DNA from: a virus
Taxonomy: Duplodnaviria > Caudoviricetes
Direction: 5' to 3' (one strand)
IMG/VR virus record: IMGVR_UViG_3300032164_000928
Location: 1 to 32,431 of that record
Length of the DNA stretch: 32,431 bases
Shown here one piece after another: positions 8,011 through 17,288 of this stretch. Both the position numbers and the translations under genes were made by a program. How positions within the stretch are numbered: position 1 is the first letter of the stretch; each line of letters opens with the position of its first letter. The notes under the pieces were generated by a model. That model did no database searches. It was not told the DNA's origin and worked only from the letters and a program-made list of their open reading frames with translations.

Positions 8011-9692
8011 GGTGCTACCTTCCAGCCAACGATACGTAACATCTCGCTCCCAGGTTCGATTAACTCTGGTGCTGGTGGATGACTAGGTATCTGATTGTCC
8101 ATCCATGTCACGAAGACCTTACGAACAAAGTAGTCTGATGTAGACTCAAATGGTGGTGTGGGGATGTCTACTTGAAATGTGATTCGCGTAGTAAGGTTTC
8201 CCGCATTATTCATTGTTGGATACATGTGACTAGTAGCACCCACAATGTTCCATAATGGGATGTCGGCTACTCCATCATTGTAGCCTGCTGATACGTAATG
8301 ATAGCCTTGAGGCCCAACAGGGTCATATGGATATATGTGCTTTAGCACACGTGTTATCTCAACACGGATAGCCTTAGCATTTGGGGGAAAATGGATTCCA
8401 TCATATAGTGTCCATGTTACAGTCTCAAATAGTCCCGTCGATGGAGCATCCGGTGCAATTGCAGGCGAACATAGATTGGTCGTTGCTAATTTCCCGTCCA
8501 CCATAATCCAATCGCCGTCGCTAATTGACGGCGCTGGGAGCACTGTTCCTGATGGGTGCGATGGGCCTGTTAAATGTGTGCCGCAAAATCCAGATGCGAC
8601 TACGCAACCAGCAGAACTTGACCCCAAGATGCCCGTCCATGTTGGAAGGGGGATGGGCAATAATGGCGCTCCGCGCCAATCAGGCGGAATTTGTGTCATA
8701 ACCTTAATCCCTGGAAGGTACCAAGGCACCCGAGGCACTCCTCTTGAGTACATCCTCCAGCCTGAAAGATTACGAGGAAATACAGTCCACAAATACCATG
8801 GGAGCCCGCTAGACCATGCCGTAAGTCCTGCAGCCCACAGACTGTCTACGGCAGTTCCAGGCTTCCATGGGTCGAGCAACACACCGTCTGAACTAAGCAA
8901 ATACCCGCGAACTTTCAACATTGCTGCTTCTTGTTCGCTTACCCCAAACAGCCCGCAAAACATCTCAGTATTATCGTAGGCACTAACGTGTGCTTGCTTC
9001 TGCACTAGCGTGATTTCTCGCATATCGAAGAACGGACCTGGTGCAGCTTCTTTTGCCAGCGGTCGAACATCCCACAGGTCACACTGATCTAACGTAGTTG
9101 CTGTAGATGGAACACGAATCACACATATGGGAACACGTCCTGTAACCATGCCAGGGAAGCCGCCCCCGGGCGCACCTTTAGTTACATGGTATTGCAATCT
9201 AGCGCGAGTAACCTTATTCACCAACACAGGTGAGAATAGTCCGGTTGTAGTATTGAAGATATCCCTACTGTCTGATTCCACAACCTCAAGGTACGGATTA
9301 GCGCTAATCACATCGATTCTCGTAGCACCGCTACCTGGATCGATTGTAACAACACCGTCTATTAGAATCCCAGGATCGTGTACGAACCGCCAATTTGAAT
9401 CGTCTGCTCCTGCTGCACCGTCATTCATGTACATTACGCCTGGCGTAACCCGAAGGCTCAACGACGCAGGTTGGGGCTGCACCATCAACCCGTTGATGAT
9501 TACAGCATTCGACTGAGGCGGAGCATATTCGAGAATGCTCCCGACCGCAGACAAGCTGAAACCTGTCACACCGAACATGTATCGCATTAGTTCGGCTAAG
9601 TCTGCGTCTTTGAACTTCTGCAACCGATTGAAATCGGTAGAGATTGCACGTTCGCGCGTATTGAATACTAGGCTCTTGGTTCCACTAGGCAT
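8007..9692 (-). CDS. Baseplate-attached tail fibre / fibre-network protein
   Basis: Follows the wedge genes; N-terminal IINGLMV...LRVTPG...RIDVI pattern typical of phage fibre attachment domains. Confidence 0.65.
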   Translation of the reverse strand: MPSGTKSLVFNTRERAISTDFNRLQKFKDADLAELMRYMFGVTGFSLSAVGSILEYAPPQSNAVIINGLMVQPQPASLSLRVTPGVMYMNDGAAGADDSNWRFVHDPGILIDGVVTIDPGSGATRIDVISANPYLEVVESDSRDIFNTTTGLFSPVLVNKVTRARLQYHVTKGAPGGGFPGMVTGRVPICVIRVPSTATTLDQCDLWDVRPLAKEAAPGPFFDMREITLVQKQAHVSAYDNTEMFCGLFGVSEQEAAMLKVRGYLLSSDGVLLDPWKPGTAVDSLWAAGLTAWSSGLPWYLWTVFPRNLSGWRMYSRGVPRVPWYLPGIKVMTQIPPDWRGAPLLPIPLPTWTGILGSSSAGCVVASGFCGTHLTGPSHPSGTVLPAPSISDGDWIMVDGKLATTNLCSPAIAPDAPSTGLFETVTWTLYDGIHFPPNAKAIRVEITRVLKHIYPYDPVGPQGYHYVSAGYNDGVADIPLWNIVGATSHMYPTMNNAGNLTTRITFQVDIPTPPFESTSDYFVRKVFVTWMDNQIPSHPPAPELIEPGSEMLRIVGWKVAP

Positions 9693-9701
9693 GATACGTT
9701 C

Positions 9702-9911
9702 CTATAGCCAACCGTTGGCTTCTTGTTCTGAGATCAACGACCTAGAATTAGGTGACGCGCGTATTACTGTCATACGTTCCATCATCTCTAAGGTTGCCCA
9801 TGGGCATACAGCTACTAACGCTGCGGTAAGTGCAGCTCGGGTATGTCCGGTTACTACCACAGTTGGAGCTCTTGGTAGATTGTCGATGATACTTTGCATT
9901 GGATCGGCCAT
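9702..9911 (-). CDS. Small hypothetical protein (69 aa)
   Basis: ATG 9911 with TGAGGT RBS overlapping the upstream stop; exactly fills the intergenic gap. Confidence 0.6.
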   Translation of the reverse strand: MADPMQSIIDNLPRAPTVVVTGHTRAALTAALVAVCPWATLEMMERMTVIRASPNSRSLISEQEANGWL

Positions 9912-9918
9912 GTGAACC

Positions 9919-11946
9919 TCACTCGATCTCGAAAGCATACGACACTCCCGCAGCTTTCCGTTCGCCTATAGTATCCCAAAGTTGCCGGTAGACACGACCC
10001 TCTAACCAAGGAAAACCATCGAAAAAGTCAGGGTATGGCGTCGTATCAAATGCACCGTAGGGGTGATCGTCATACGCAAATCCGAAATCACCTTGTTTTT
10101 GTCTAGGTAAAGATATCACAAAGAAAGCGCGCATTTCGCTGTAGTCGACAAGCAACTTCCAGCGGTCCTCTGGCCTACTCACAGGATCCATGTCGTAGGC
10201 AAAACTATGTGCTGGCGCCTCTCCTGCGTCACAATCGAAGAAAAATCCAGGAAATTGGATCGTGCCTATCTCACGAAATGTTCCTTGTACCCCTAACGGC
10301 AGCAGTACTTGTTGCATCGTACGCTTGATCGCATTGGGGCACACTACGTCAGCAATCTCATCGGTACGTTTGCGGAAGACCGTGTCGTCCTCCCCAACAA
10401 GCCGATAAATGCCACGTTCGGCGGCTAAAAGGTCCAACCAAGCTGCCCTACCGCCGCTAGGGCATACCGGGTTACTGACAGTAAGCCCCCAAACGTCGAT
10501 CCAGTCAAGAATCTCCCACTCGGCGGTCGCTGCTTCGGCGACCCATGCAGGTGTAGTCGTACTGATATCCGGAAACAATGCCGGATCTAAGATGGCAAAT
10601 GCGCCGGATTGCGCTCCGATAAGGCTTCTCCCAGCGCCAACCTCAAACCATCCTGATGTGAGCACAATTGTGAGCGTGAAATACGGATCGACTCCGCTTT
10701 GCTTCAGTACTGTACCTCGTGCGAGCGTTCCTGGCTGGTAAACTGCTTCGCCTTCAATGAAGCGCAATCGCCCCAGAGGCCCCCATATTGGGCACCGAAA
10801 CACGAATACACGTTCGAGGATGATCGATCCGCTTGTTGGCGATGTTGCAGCAAGGTCTGGACGAACATACCCGATAACACGTGCGATATTGCCTTCGTTT
10901 GCCCCACCAGTCATGCGTACGTATTGCCCGACATGCTGCGGAACAAATGTGTCAGGCTCGTTGTACCCGTCGAGCTTCACTGTGTTACCTGAGATACTCA
11001 CAGTGCCCCTAGTGTTCGACAGCCCTGTTCCAATCTGCTCGATGTGAGTGATGCTTTCGGGGGACGGATTGTTGTACCCATACCCGAAGTCCGCTGCATA
11101 AACCTTGGCAAATACCGACGCGGCTTCACCCGGGTTCAACACGAGCTGCGGAGTAGGCGAGTAGAATCGCGGCACGTACACCTCAAATCCAACAGGATCA
11201 CCCGACTCCATTGCAATCGGTTGCACTCGAATATCGGCGCTTATCACCACTGGTTGGTCGATGAGCTTGGTGCGTTGCACCGCAAGAGGTACTTCGGCTT
11301 TGCGCCCTCCGTGCGCTTCGGCACAGCTTTGTCCACTCCACGGCTTGAGGTACATCGCTTGCGTTGTACGTTCTATCGCCTTAGATACACGTACAAGCTG
11401 CTCGATGAGCTGATTGTAGACCTCTAACCCGTTACCATCCCCAGCCTGAATAAGTGGGTCTAAGTAGGTTGAGTCCGCAGTCGACGAAAGTAACGCGCGA
11501 ATATCATCTGCCGTATACGCTGTGGTAGGGTCGTCGTCTGGGGTGCATGCGGGCTGTACCGATACGAGTTGGCATTCGACGTACACAACAAATGACGCCC
11601 ACGAAACTGTTCCGGTTGGAGCATACGCAGCATCAATACGGACTTCGAGTGTATCTTCTGCAGCAACTACTACAGGTGATGTGAACGTTGCTGCAAACTC
11701 GATGAGTCCAACTACCTCGACAAAGTACCCAAATTCAGCTGTTACTACACCGTTCTTGAGCACACACGCGCGGTAATCTGGCCCTGACGGGGAAAGCCCG
11801 GTCACATCGACTGTGCCCTTCACGCCGAGCACAACGCCCTCCCAACCAGGTGGAACCGTCACCATGGGAGACATCAGTGCGGGTACTGCCACGCACGGAC
11901 CGAGATTGCATTCTGCTCGTAGCTCCCACGGTTGCAAGTTCATCAT
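9919..11946 (-). CDS. Baseplate wedge protein (P2 gpI / T4 gp7-like), extended
   Basis: Follows gpJ; WLDLLAAERGIYRLVGEDDTVFRKR and terminal KAAGVSYAFEI motifs match gpI-like wedge proteins. Confidence 0.7.
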   Translation of the reverse strand: MMNLQPWELRAECNLGPCVAVPALMSPMVTVPPGWEGVVLGVKGTVDVTGLSPSGPDYRACVLKNGVVTAEFGYFVEVVGLIEFAATFTSPVVVAAEDTLEVRIDAAYAPTGTVSWASFVVYVECQLVSVQPACTPDDDPTTAYTADDIRALLSSTADSTYLDPLIQAGDGNGLEVYNQLIEQLVRVSKAIERTTQAMYLKPWSGQSCAEAHGGRKAEVPLAVQRTKLIDQPVVISADIRVQPIAMESGDPVGFEVYVPRFYSPTPQLVLNPGEAASVFAKVYAADFGYGYNNPSPESITHIEQIGTGLSNTRGTVSISGNTVKLDGYNEPDTFVPQHVGQYVRMTGGANEGNIARVIGYVRPDLAATSPTSGSIILERVFVFRCPIWGPLGRLRFIEGEAVYQPGTLARGTVLKQSGVDPYFTLTIVLTSGWFEVGAGRSLIGAQSGAFAILDPALFPDISTTTPAWVAEAATAEWEILDWIDVWGLTVSNPVCPSGGRAAWLDLLAAERGIYRLVGEDDTVFRKRTDEIADVVCPNAIKRTMQQVLLPLGVQGTFREIGTIQFPGFFFDCDAGEAPAHSFAYDMDPVSRPEDRWKLLVDYSEMRAFFVISLPRQKQGDFGFAYDDHPYGAFDTTPYPDFFDGFPWLEGRVYRQLWDTIGERKAAGVSYAFEIE

Positions 11947-13049
11947 TCCGCCTGCACGTTCTCGACGCGAGTGCGAAGCGTAACTCCGCCGGCTGGATAG
12001 ATGTCGCCAGCAGGTTCTACGATAGAGCTGTCATCCACCAACAATCCGTCATTTCGGTACCGCTGCAACACGCTGTATATTGCCGACCGGGTTAGAGGTG
12101 CGCTGACAGGAATCGTGTTAATGTACTGTACAACTGACTGACGAATGATCTCCGTCAACGAATCTGTGTCCACACCAGCAACGAACACCAATCGCAGGAA
12201 CACGTCTACAATCTGCGGCATGCTTGGGTAAACAATAACTTGAATACCTCCGGCTCGGTACTCCATCAATCCATCGCGTACCTGTTGCGCCATCACTTCG
12301 GACGCAACCCCTGAGCTATCTGCAATGTAGAGTTCGATAATTCGAACAGGGCTACCTGTCGTACTCAACGTCTCTACGGCAGTTGCGCTCTCAACGCCTG
12401 AGATCGCACGAGCACCAAATTCGATTGCCGGCAACACACCTCGACGTACAGTCCTCCAAAAATCACGAGCACGATTGCGGAACGTGTCGTCATCTTCGAC
12501 ATTCTCACCATGAGCTGTCGCAGCGTCGTTAGTAACTTGCAACGTACGGTCGAAGAGTGCAGTAGGATCTGAAAACTTCCGAATTGCGTTCGCTCCTACT
12601 TGGCTCTCTTTCCCAGCCTGAACTGCTCGCACGTTAGCGAAGTTTTCGAGTGCTGATACTGCAAAGCTACATGTTGTCGTTGTGATGTACTCGATTCCGG
12701 TAAGCGTAAGCAGCTTCGTGTCTATTGGAATCGTTCCTGATGACCCGGCAGTGTCTCTCCAGAAGCGAACACGTCCGATAGCAGGAGCTGCGCCTTTTCG
12801 GATGATTTGATATCGGTCGGCTACCCATCGGTCGAGGGCTTCATCTTCGGCGCCATCCAACATCAAGTCGTTGATGCTTTGGATGAGCTGCATTACCAGC
12901 GCATACGAAAGACCTGATCCTACACCGCAAAAAATATTGACATCGCTTCCCTGCACGTATACTTGAGCCGGGTCGATGCGTAGCGCTTTCTGCAGAACGT
13001 AGTCCGCGCCAATCTTGAAGAGATCCAAACGGCTCGGAAGATCTGGCAT
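11943..13049 (-). CDS. Baseplate J-like wedge protein (P2 gpJ / Mu gp47)
   Basis: AEDEALDRW...RKGAAPAIG, GTIPIDT, GENVEDDDTFRNR, ISGVESA, YRAGGIQV motifs. Confidence 0.92.
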   Translation of the reverse strand: MPDLPSRLDLFKIGADYVLQKALRIDPAQVYVQGSDVNIFCGVGSGLSYALVMQLIQSINDLMLDGAEDEALDRWVADRYQIIRKGAAPAIGRVRFWRDTAGSSGTIPIDTKLLTLTGIEYITTTTCSFAVSALENFANVRAVQAGKESQVGANAIRKFSDPTALFDRTLQVTNDAATAHGENVEDDDTFRNRARDFWRTVRRGVLPAIEFGARAISGVESATAVETLSTTGSPVRIIELYIADSSGVASEVMAQQVRDGLMEYRAGGIQVIVYPSMPQIVDVFLRLVFVAGVDTDSLTEIIRQSVVQYINTIPVSAPLTRSAIYSVLQRYRNDGLLVDDSSIVEPAGDIYPAGGVTLRTRVENVQAE

Positions 13050-13058
13050 GCGAGGCTC

Positions 13059-13961
13059 CTACACAGCAAAGGGAACGTCAACGCGTAAGTCTAGCCCATC
13101 TTTCGTGCGTACGTAAGTACGATACCGGATAAGACTCGGCACGTTCTCATCTTGAACTATCTGGCACACGCATTTTGACACATCTGGCTCTTGCGTGATC
13201 TGCTTCTGCCCTTTGGCTATCAGCCGCGCTCGTGTCGCAGCCGTGTTCGACTTCTTCAGTTCTTGTGGAACTCCGACGCCGTATCCAGGGGCATGAGGAA
13301 AGCTGTCCTCGGCAGAAATTAGCCGCCGAATGATGCGCTTTCGCAGATTGGTTCGGCCTTCGTCTGCACCGTAATCCCCTGTGTCATCCACGACGAATGT
13401 ACCGAGCAAGTCCTCCGAAGGTTGTGGAAGCGGGTCGTAGAAGGCCGACAGTGTTTGTGGATTCGCAATGTCGCGTTTAGGTACCACTAGCTCGGGTAGT
13501 TGCACGGCAAGCATGCGATACACAGCACGAGCTTCAAACTCGACTGTGATTGCAGCCGGGTGCCCTGCTCCGTACAGGTTGACTACGCCGACGTAGTAGT
13601 GACACGGAAAGCACGACATCGGTCGGTCTACAGTCAAATCAATGAAGCGCCCGTAGTCGTACTCACCAACGTACGAAGGGTCTGTGCGCGTTGCCTTCAC
13701 CGGCTTGACTTCGCGCACGGATTGGCTGTCCATGCCGACTGTGCCAGTGACAACGCGGACGCTGTAGTGCTCGATGCGCGAACCGTCGTGCGGGTCTCCA
13801 ATCTCAGTCCAGTCCACGACCGAGTTGAATTTCAATCGGAACATGTTCTCACGGATTGATTGCACGTCCAGTAGTTGGAACACGCCAAAGGGAGACTCGC
13901 CGAAGCTGCCTCCCCATGGAGTCAATCCCCACGGTCCGCCGCCATATCCACCTGCCATCAT
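13059..13961 (-). CDS. gp25/gpW-like sheath initiator with N-terminal extension
   Basis: C-terminal NLRKRIIRRL...FPHAPGYGVG...QEPDV gp25-like motif; position before gpJ. Confidence 0.75.
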   Translation of the reverse strand: MMAGGYGGGPWGLTPWGGSFGESPFGVFQLLDVQSIRENMFRLKFNSVVDWTEIGDPHDGSRIEHYSVRVVTGTVGMDSQSVREVKPVKATRTDPSYVGEYDYGRFIDLTVDRPMSCFPCHYYVGVVNLYGAGHPAAITVEFEARAVYRMLAVQLPELVVPKRDIANPQTLSAFYDPLPQPSEDLLGTFVVDDTGDYGADEGRTNLRKRIIRRLISAEDSFPHAPGYGVGVPQELKKSNTAATRARLIAKGQKQITQEPDVSKCVCQIVQDENVPSLIRYRTYVRTKDGLDLRVDVPFAV

Positions 13962-14278
13962 GCCCTCATGTACTTTTCAGTGTCAACGTCATCTGGGTCA
14001 CGCGGCCCGGATGCTTTACGCCCTCCGCCCCATTCTACTCCTGCCGAGACATCAAAGGGGTCTCCCAAGTCACACTTGAACTTAAAGCTGAAGTTGAATG
14101 TCGGTGGAAACGGAATGCTGAAACTAGGTAATTTGAATCGAAGATTGAACTTGAATGTTGGGATCTGGAAACTACAAATACTAATCGCACCAGGCGCAGG
14201 CTCAAAGCTAGCGCTCGCATCTACGCCGACTTGATCCTCAACACTTGGCTCATCCGGAGGCGGGGGGTACCCAGGCAT
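13958..14278 (-). CDS. Small Phe/Pro-rich protein between spike and gp25-like genes
   Basis: 106 aa, coupled at both ends (TAATG and ATGA overlaps). Confidence 0.7.
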   Translation of the reverse strand: MPGYPPPPDEPSVEDQVGVDASASFEPAPGAISICSFQIPTFKFNLRFKLPSFSIPFPPTFNFSFKFKCDLGDPFDVSAGVEWGGGRKASGPRDPDDVDTEKYMRA

Positions 14279-15318
14279 TATACTAGCAATCCTACTGCCC
14301 CTAACCCGGGCATTCCTGTTATTCCGTCTGTCGGACTAGGTGGACGTTGTAATCCAGTTTGGATCAATCCTAATTGCGCAGGTGGTAGAGGTGTTGCTGC
14401 TGCCGCAGGAATTGCTCCTGTTAGAGGCAAAAATGCGGGAGGTATTCCGGACGGGTCAACCATTGTTGCTGCTAGGGACACTCCGGTAAGCGGTGTTACT
14501 CCTGTTGCTGCAAGCACCGTAGCCCATGCTACCATTGCTTGGTTTATCAAGTTGCAGATAGCCTCTACCGTTGTCGCATGAAAGAATGGCCACCCGCCAG
14601 CCGTGCCGATAGACAACACTCCAGGGACCATAAAGGTCGATGCCGTTCCGTCCCCATTCAGATCTACTACCACCGCTGCGTCTTTTCCTTTGATTAGGAA
14701 CTTGTCGTCCTCAAGTACGTACTGAATCTGAAATGCGCCTTCATTTCCAACGAATCCTACCCAGTCGGGACCCATGTGAAAGATGGTCTTGTTGCCATCC
14801 TTGAGGTAGATCGCGCCACTCTTATCGATCAAAAAACATGCTTCTGTTGGGATCTGTTTGATCAGGTACGAACTGGGCGCAGCAAACTCAAAGATGTACG
14901 GTGCGCGAACACGACGGAACCCTACGTTGTTCTTGGTGACGTCTGCACCTCCAACCATTGTAGGAAACTTGTCGATGCTCTGATTTAGCCGAGCGATGAT
15001 GATTGCGTTCCGCTCGCTACCTTCGGGCATCACGACCAGAACTTCGTCCTTTTCCAGGAACGGGTACCAGTCCGCCTCGCCGTTGCCAGCTACGAAACTC
15101 GCAACTCTGCACCGAACTTGTTTGCCAGCTGGCTGTAACGTGACATTGACTAGCGGGCCCATATCCTCGTCGAAGACTACAGACTTCTCTTCATCGCTCT
15201 CGCCGTCTGCGTCGACGATGGCATAACTGACCCACTCGCGCGGATCCATGCCTGGCCCAGAGAAGGCCTCACGCAAGGTCTGCATATCAAAGTCGCCGAA
15301 CGACTTAGACCGTTTCAT
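14278..15318 (-). CDS. Baseplate central spike (gpV/gp5 OB-fold)
   Basis: CRVASFVAGNG...WYPF...DEVLVVMPEG...IIARL OB-fold motif followed by beta repeats; ATG 15318 in ATGA overlap with hub stop. Confidence 0.85.
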   Translation of the reverse strand: MKRSKSFGDFDMQTLREAFSGPGMDPREWVSYAIVDADGESDEEKSVVFDEDMGPLVNVTLQPAGKQVRCRVASFVAGNGEADWYPFLEKDEVLVVMPEGSERNAIIIARLNQSIDKFPTMVGGADVTKNNVGFRRVRAPYIFEFAAPSSYLIKQIPTEACFLIDKSGAIYLKDGNKTIFHMGPDWVGFVGNEGAFQIQYVLEDDKFLIKGKDAAVVVDLNGDGTASTFMVPGVLSIGTAGGWPFFHATTVEAICNLINQAMVAWATVLAATGVTPLTGVSLAATMVDPSGIPPAFLPLTGAIPAAAATPLPPAQLGLIQTGLQRPPSPTDGITGMPGLGAVGLLV

Positions 15319-17288
15319 CGTGGCCCCCACGGTGTGCTAGCACCGCGCGACGGGAACTGCCCGGGTACTGCATCGGGCGCGAGCGAATTATCCCAATTTG
15401 ACATATTCGGGGCATTTGGGCTACCAGACCCGAAGTCGGAGCCACTCGACGTAGCAGTCTCCTTGTCAGTCGTAGCTGCCTGAGACTTTTCGGCAGTCGT
15501 CTCATCCTTGCTTTTCTTAGCTTGTTGCTTGTCCTTCTTGGTCTTCCCGCCCTGCTCCAATTCTTCGCCCTTAGGCAAGAGCTTTTCTGCTCGTACTGCT
15601 ATGTAGTTTACGCCTTGAATATCGAGCTTTACGCCGTCTTCAACATTCCACGTAATTCCCAGACTTTTCAGCCGAAATGTGCTTTGAAATCCACGGTCGG
15701 CATAGACCTTTGCGTACGTGCTAGCGAACGAATCACTGAATCCTACACTTTTCAAAAATGCTTGAGACCGGCTTTGCACAAGCAACATACCTTCGAGATT
15801 GGTGATCGCACTGAACGTTTCACCTTCTTCGTCACGGTGTACGAGCACATTGAATGGGTCTCCCGCCTTCATGTCCAGAATGTCGGGATCGAGGTTCCCC
15901 CCACCAAAGCTAGCAAGATTGTAGGTCTGCAAGCTGACAGACATCTCATTGCGCCCTTGTGTATCGTACACACTCTGTGCTAACAGTCGTAGCGTCTTTG
16001 CATCTTTCACCCCAGATACTCTCCACACAAGCCACTTCTGTTCGGCCTTATCCCCTGTGATCGGATGTACAACCTGATCCCCTGGCAACGGGAACCGCGC
16101 CACAAGTGTAGTCTTTTTCTCGCCAGAATAACACCTAACCTCAACGTTAGTTGGCTTACCTTTACCAAAATTCCGCTCTATGCGAAGCGATGAGATGTTT
16201 CGTCCGTAGATGAAATGCCTGGAATCAAAGTTCTTGCCACTAGGTAACGTACGCCCTTTGAACGAGTCGTCCGGACGTCCGCTGAACTCATTCGAGTACA
16301 AGGTTCGCACGGGTTGTACTACAATGATGCTTCCTTCTGCGCGTATGTTGTGCCCGACGCTCCCGCAAATGTCTGTCAGGTAGTCCATGACGCTAGTCTT
16401 ATCTGCAGCACCTCCAGTTGGGGTCGGCCCCTGCTTAGGGCGATACGATGTCTTTGACAATGCTTCTTCAAGTTTCGGAATAGGGATCCCACTAGGCCGA
16501 TATTCGACTGTGAGCCCTGCAAACTGCGGAAAGTTTGCTAGAAAGTCGGCAATACCCTTGTCCAGTTCTTCCTTAGACGCGATCACGCATTTCGGGGGTT
16601 GTATCTGGTCGATCAACATCTGCGTGTTATCACGACACTCCAAACGCGCAAGAGGCTCGTCATCGTCCCCTATATCCGCTTCCCACTTGTCTACCCACCC
16701 TTGGAACCGCAGGTTTGTGCGCAACGTTCCGTTCCCGTCGGTGTACGTGTCGGGCACCAGATTCAGCGGCTCGTTTGGATTCTCGCAATTGCCGCCGAAT
16801 GTTAGCCCTCTTGTCGCTCCTGCAATGCCTCGTTCAAAGTCTTCCGCCTTCACTGTTCCGAGGTAGAACTCAATTGCACACGAACGCACAGTTCGCGGAT
16901 CTATTGGAAGGTCGATGTACCGTATCGACACGTTCAACGTGTCAGCTTGCCGAGTGCCGTTGAGCCCCAAGTTTGCTTCACGCGGGATGATGCCGCCTAC
17001 TACTTGCGTCAGCCCGTCTGCTGACGAGTCTTGGTTCTGCGGGCCTCCAATAGGTGGTGGTGCTCCGCGCTGTACCAGTCGCCACTGCTTTGCGCCCGTA
17101 ATTGGGTCGGAATACTCTTGCACGTCAAGCGGAGCACGGTTCGACTTCGTACCCTTCGCTAGTGTCACTGGCACCTTCGGAGCTAACTCTTTGACCTTGG
17201 ATTCCTTTGCCTCGAACTCCTCGAACCGTATGATTAGACGCACCTTACTTGATGGATAGTAAGTTTGGTCAGGATACTCCTGCGCCAT
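15315..17288 (-). CDS. Baseplate hub protein (P2 gpD / Mu gp44 / T4 gp27-like)
   Basis: ADTLNVSI, FQGWVD, LECRDNT, FIYGRNISSL motifs; position between LysM gene and spike. Start could be GTG 17291. Confidence 0.8.
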   Translation of the reverse strand: MAQEYPDQTYYPSSKVRLIIRFEEFEAKESKVKELAPKVPVTLAKGTKSNRAPLDVQEYSDPITGAKQWRLVQRGAPPPIGGPQNQDSSADGLTQVVGGIIPREANLGLNGTRQADTLNVSIRYIDLPIDPRTVRSCAIEFYLGTVKAEDFERGIAGATRGLTFGGNCENPNEPLNLVPDTYTDGNGTLRTNLRFQGWVDKWEADIGDDDEPLARLECRDNTQMLIDQIQPPKCVIASKEELDKGIADFLANFPQFAGLTVEYRPSGIPIPKLEEALSKTSYRPKQGPTPTGGAADKTSVMDYLTDICGSVGHNIRAEGSIIVVQPVRTLYSNEFSGRPDDSFKGRTLPSGKNFDSRHFIYGRNISSLRIERNFGKGKPTNVEVRCYSGEKKTTLVARFPLPGDQVVHPITGDKAEQKWLVWRVSGVKDAKTLRLLAQSVYDTQGRNEMSVSLQTYNLASFGGGNLDPDILDMKAGDPFNVLVHRDEEGETFSAITNLEGMLLVQSRSQAFLKSVGFSDSFASTYAKVYADRGFQSTFRLKSLGITWNVEDGVKLDIQGVNYIAVRAEKLLPKGEELEQGGKTKKDKQQAKKSKDETTAEKSQAATTDKETATSSGSDFGSGSPNAPNMSNWDNSLAPDAVPGQFPSRGASTPWGPR

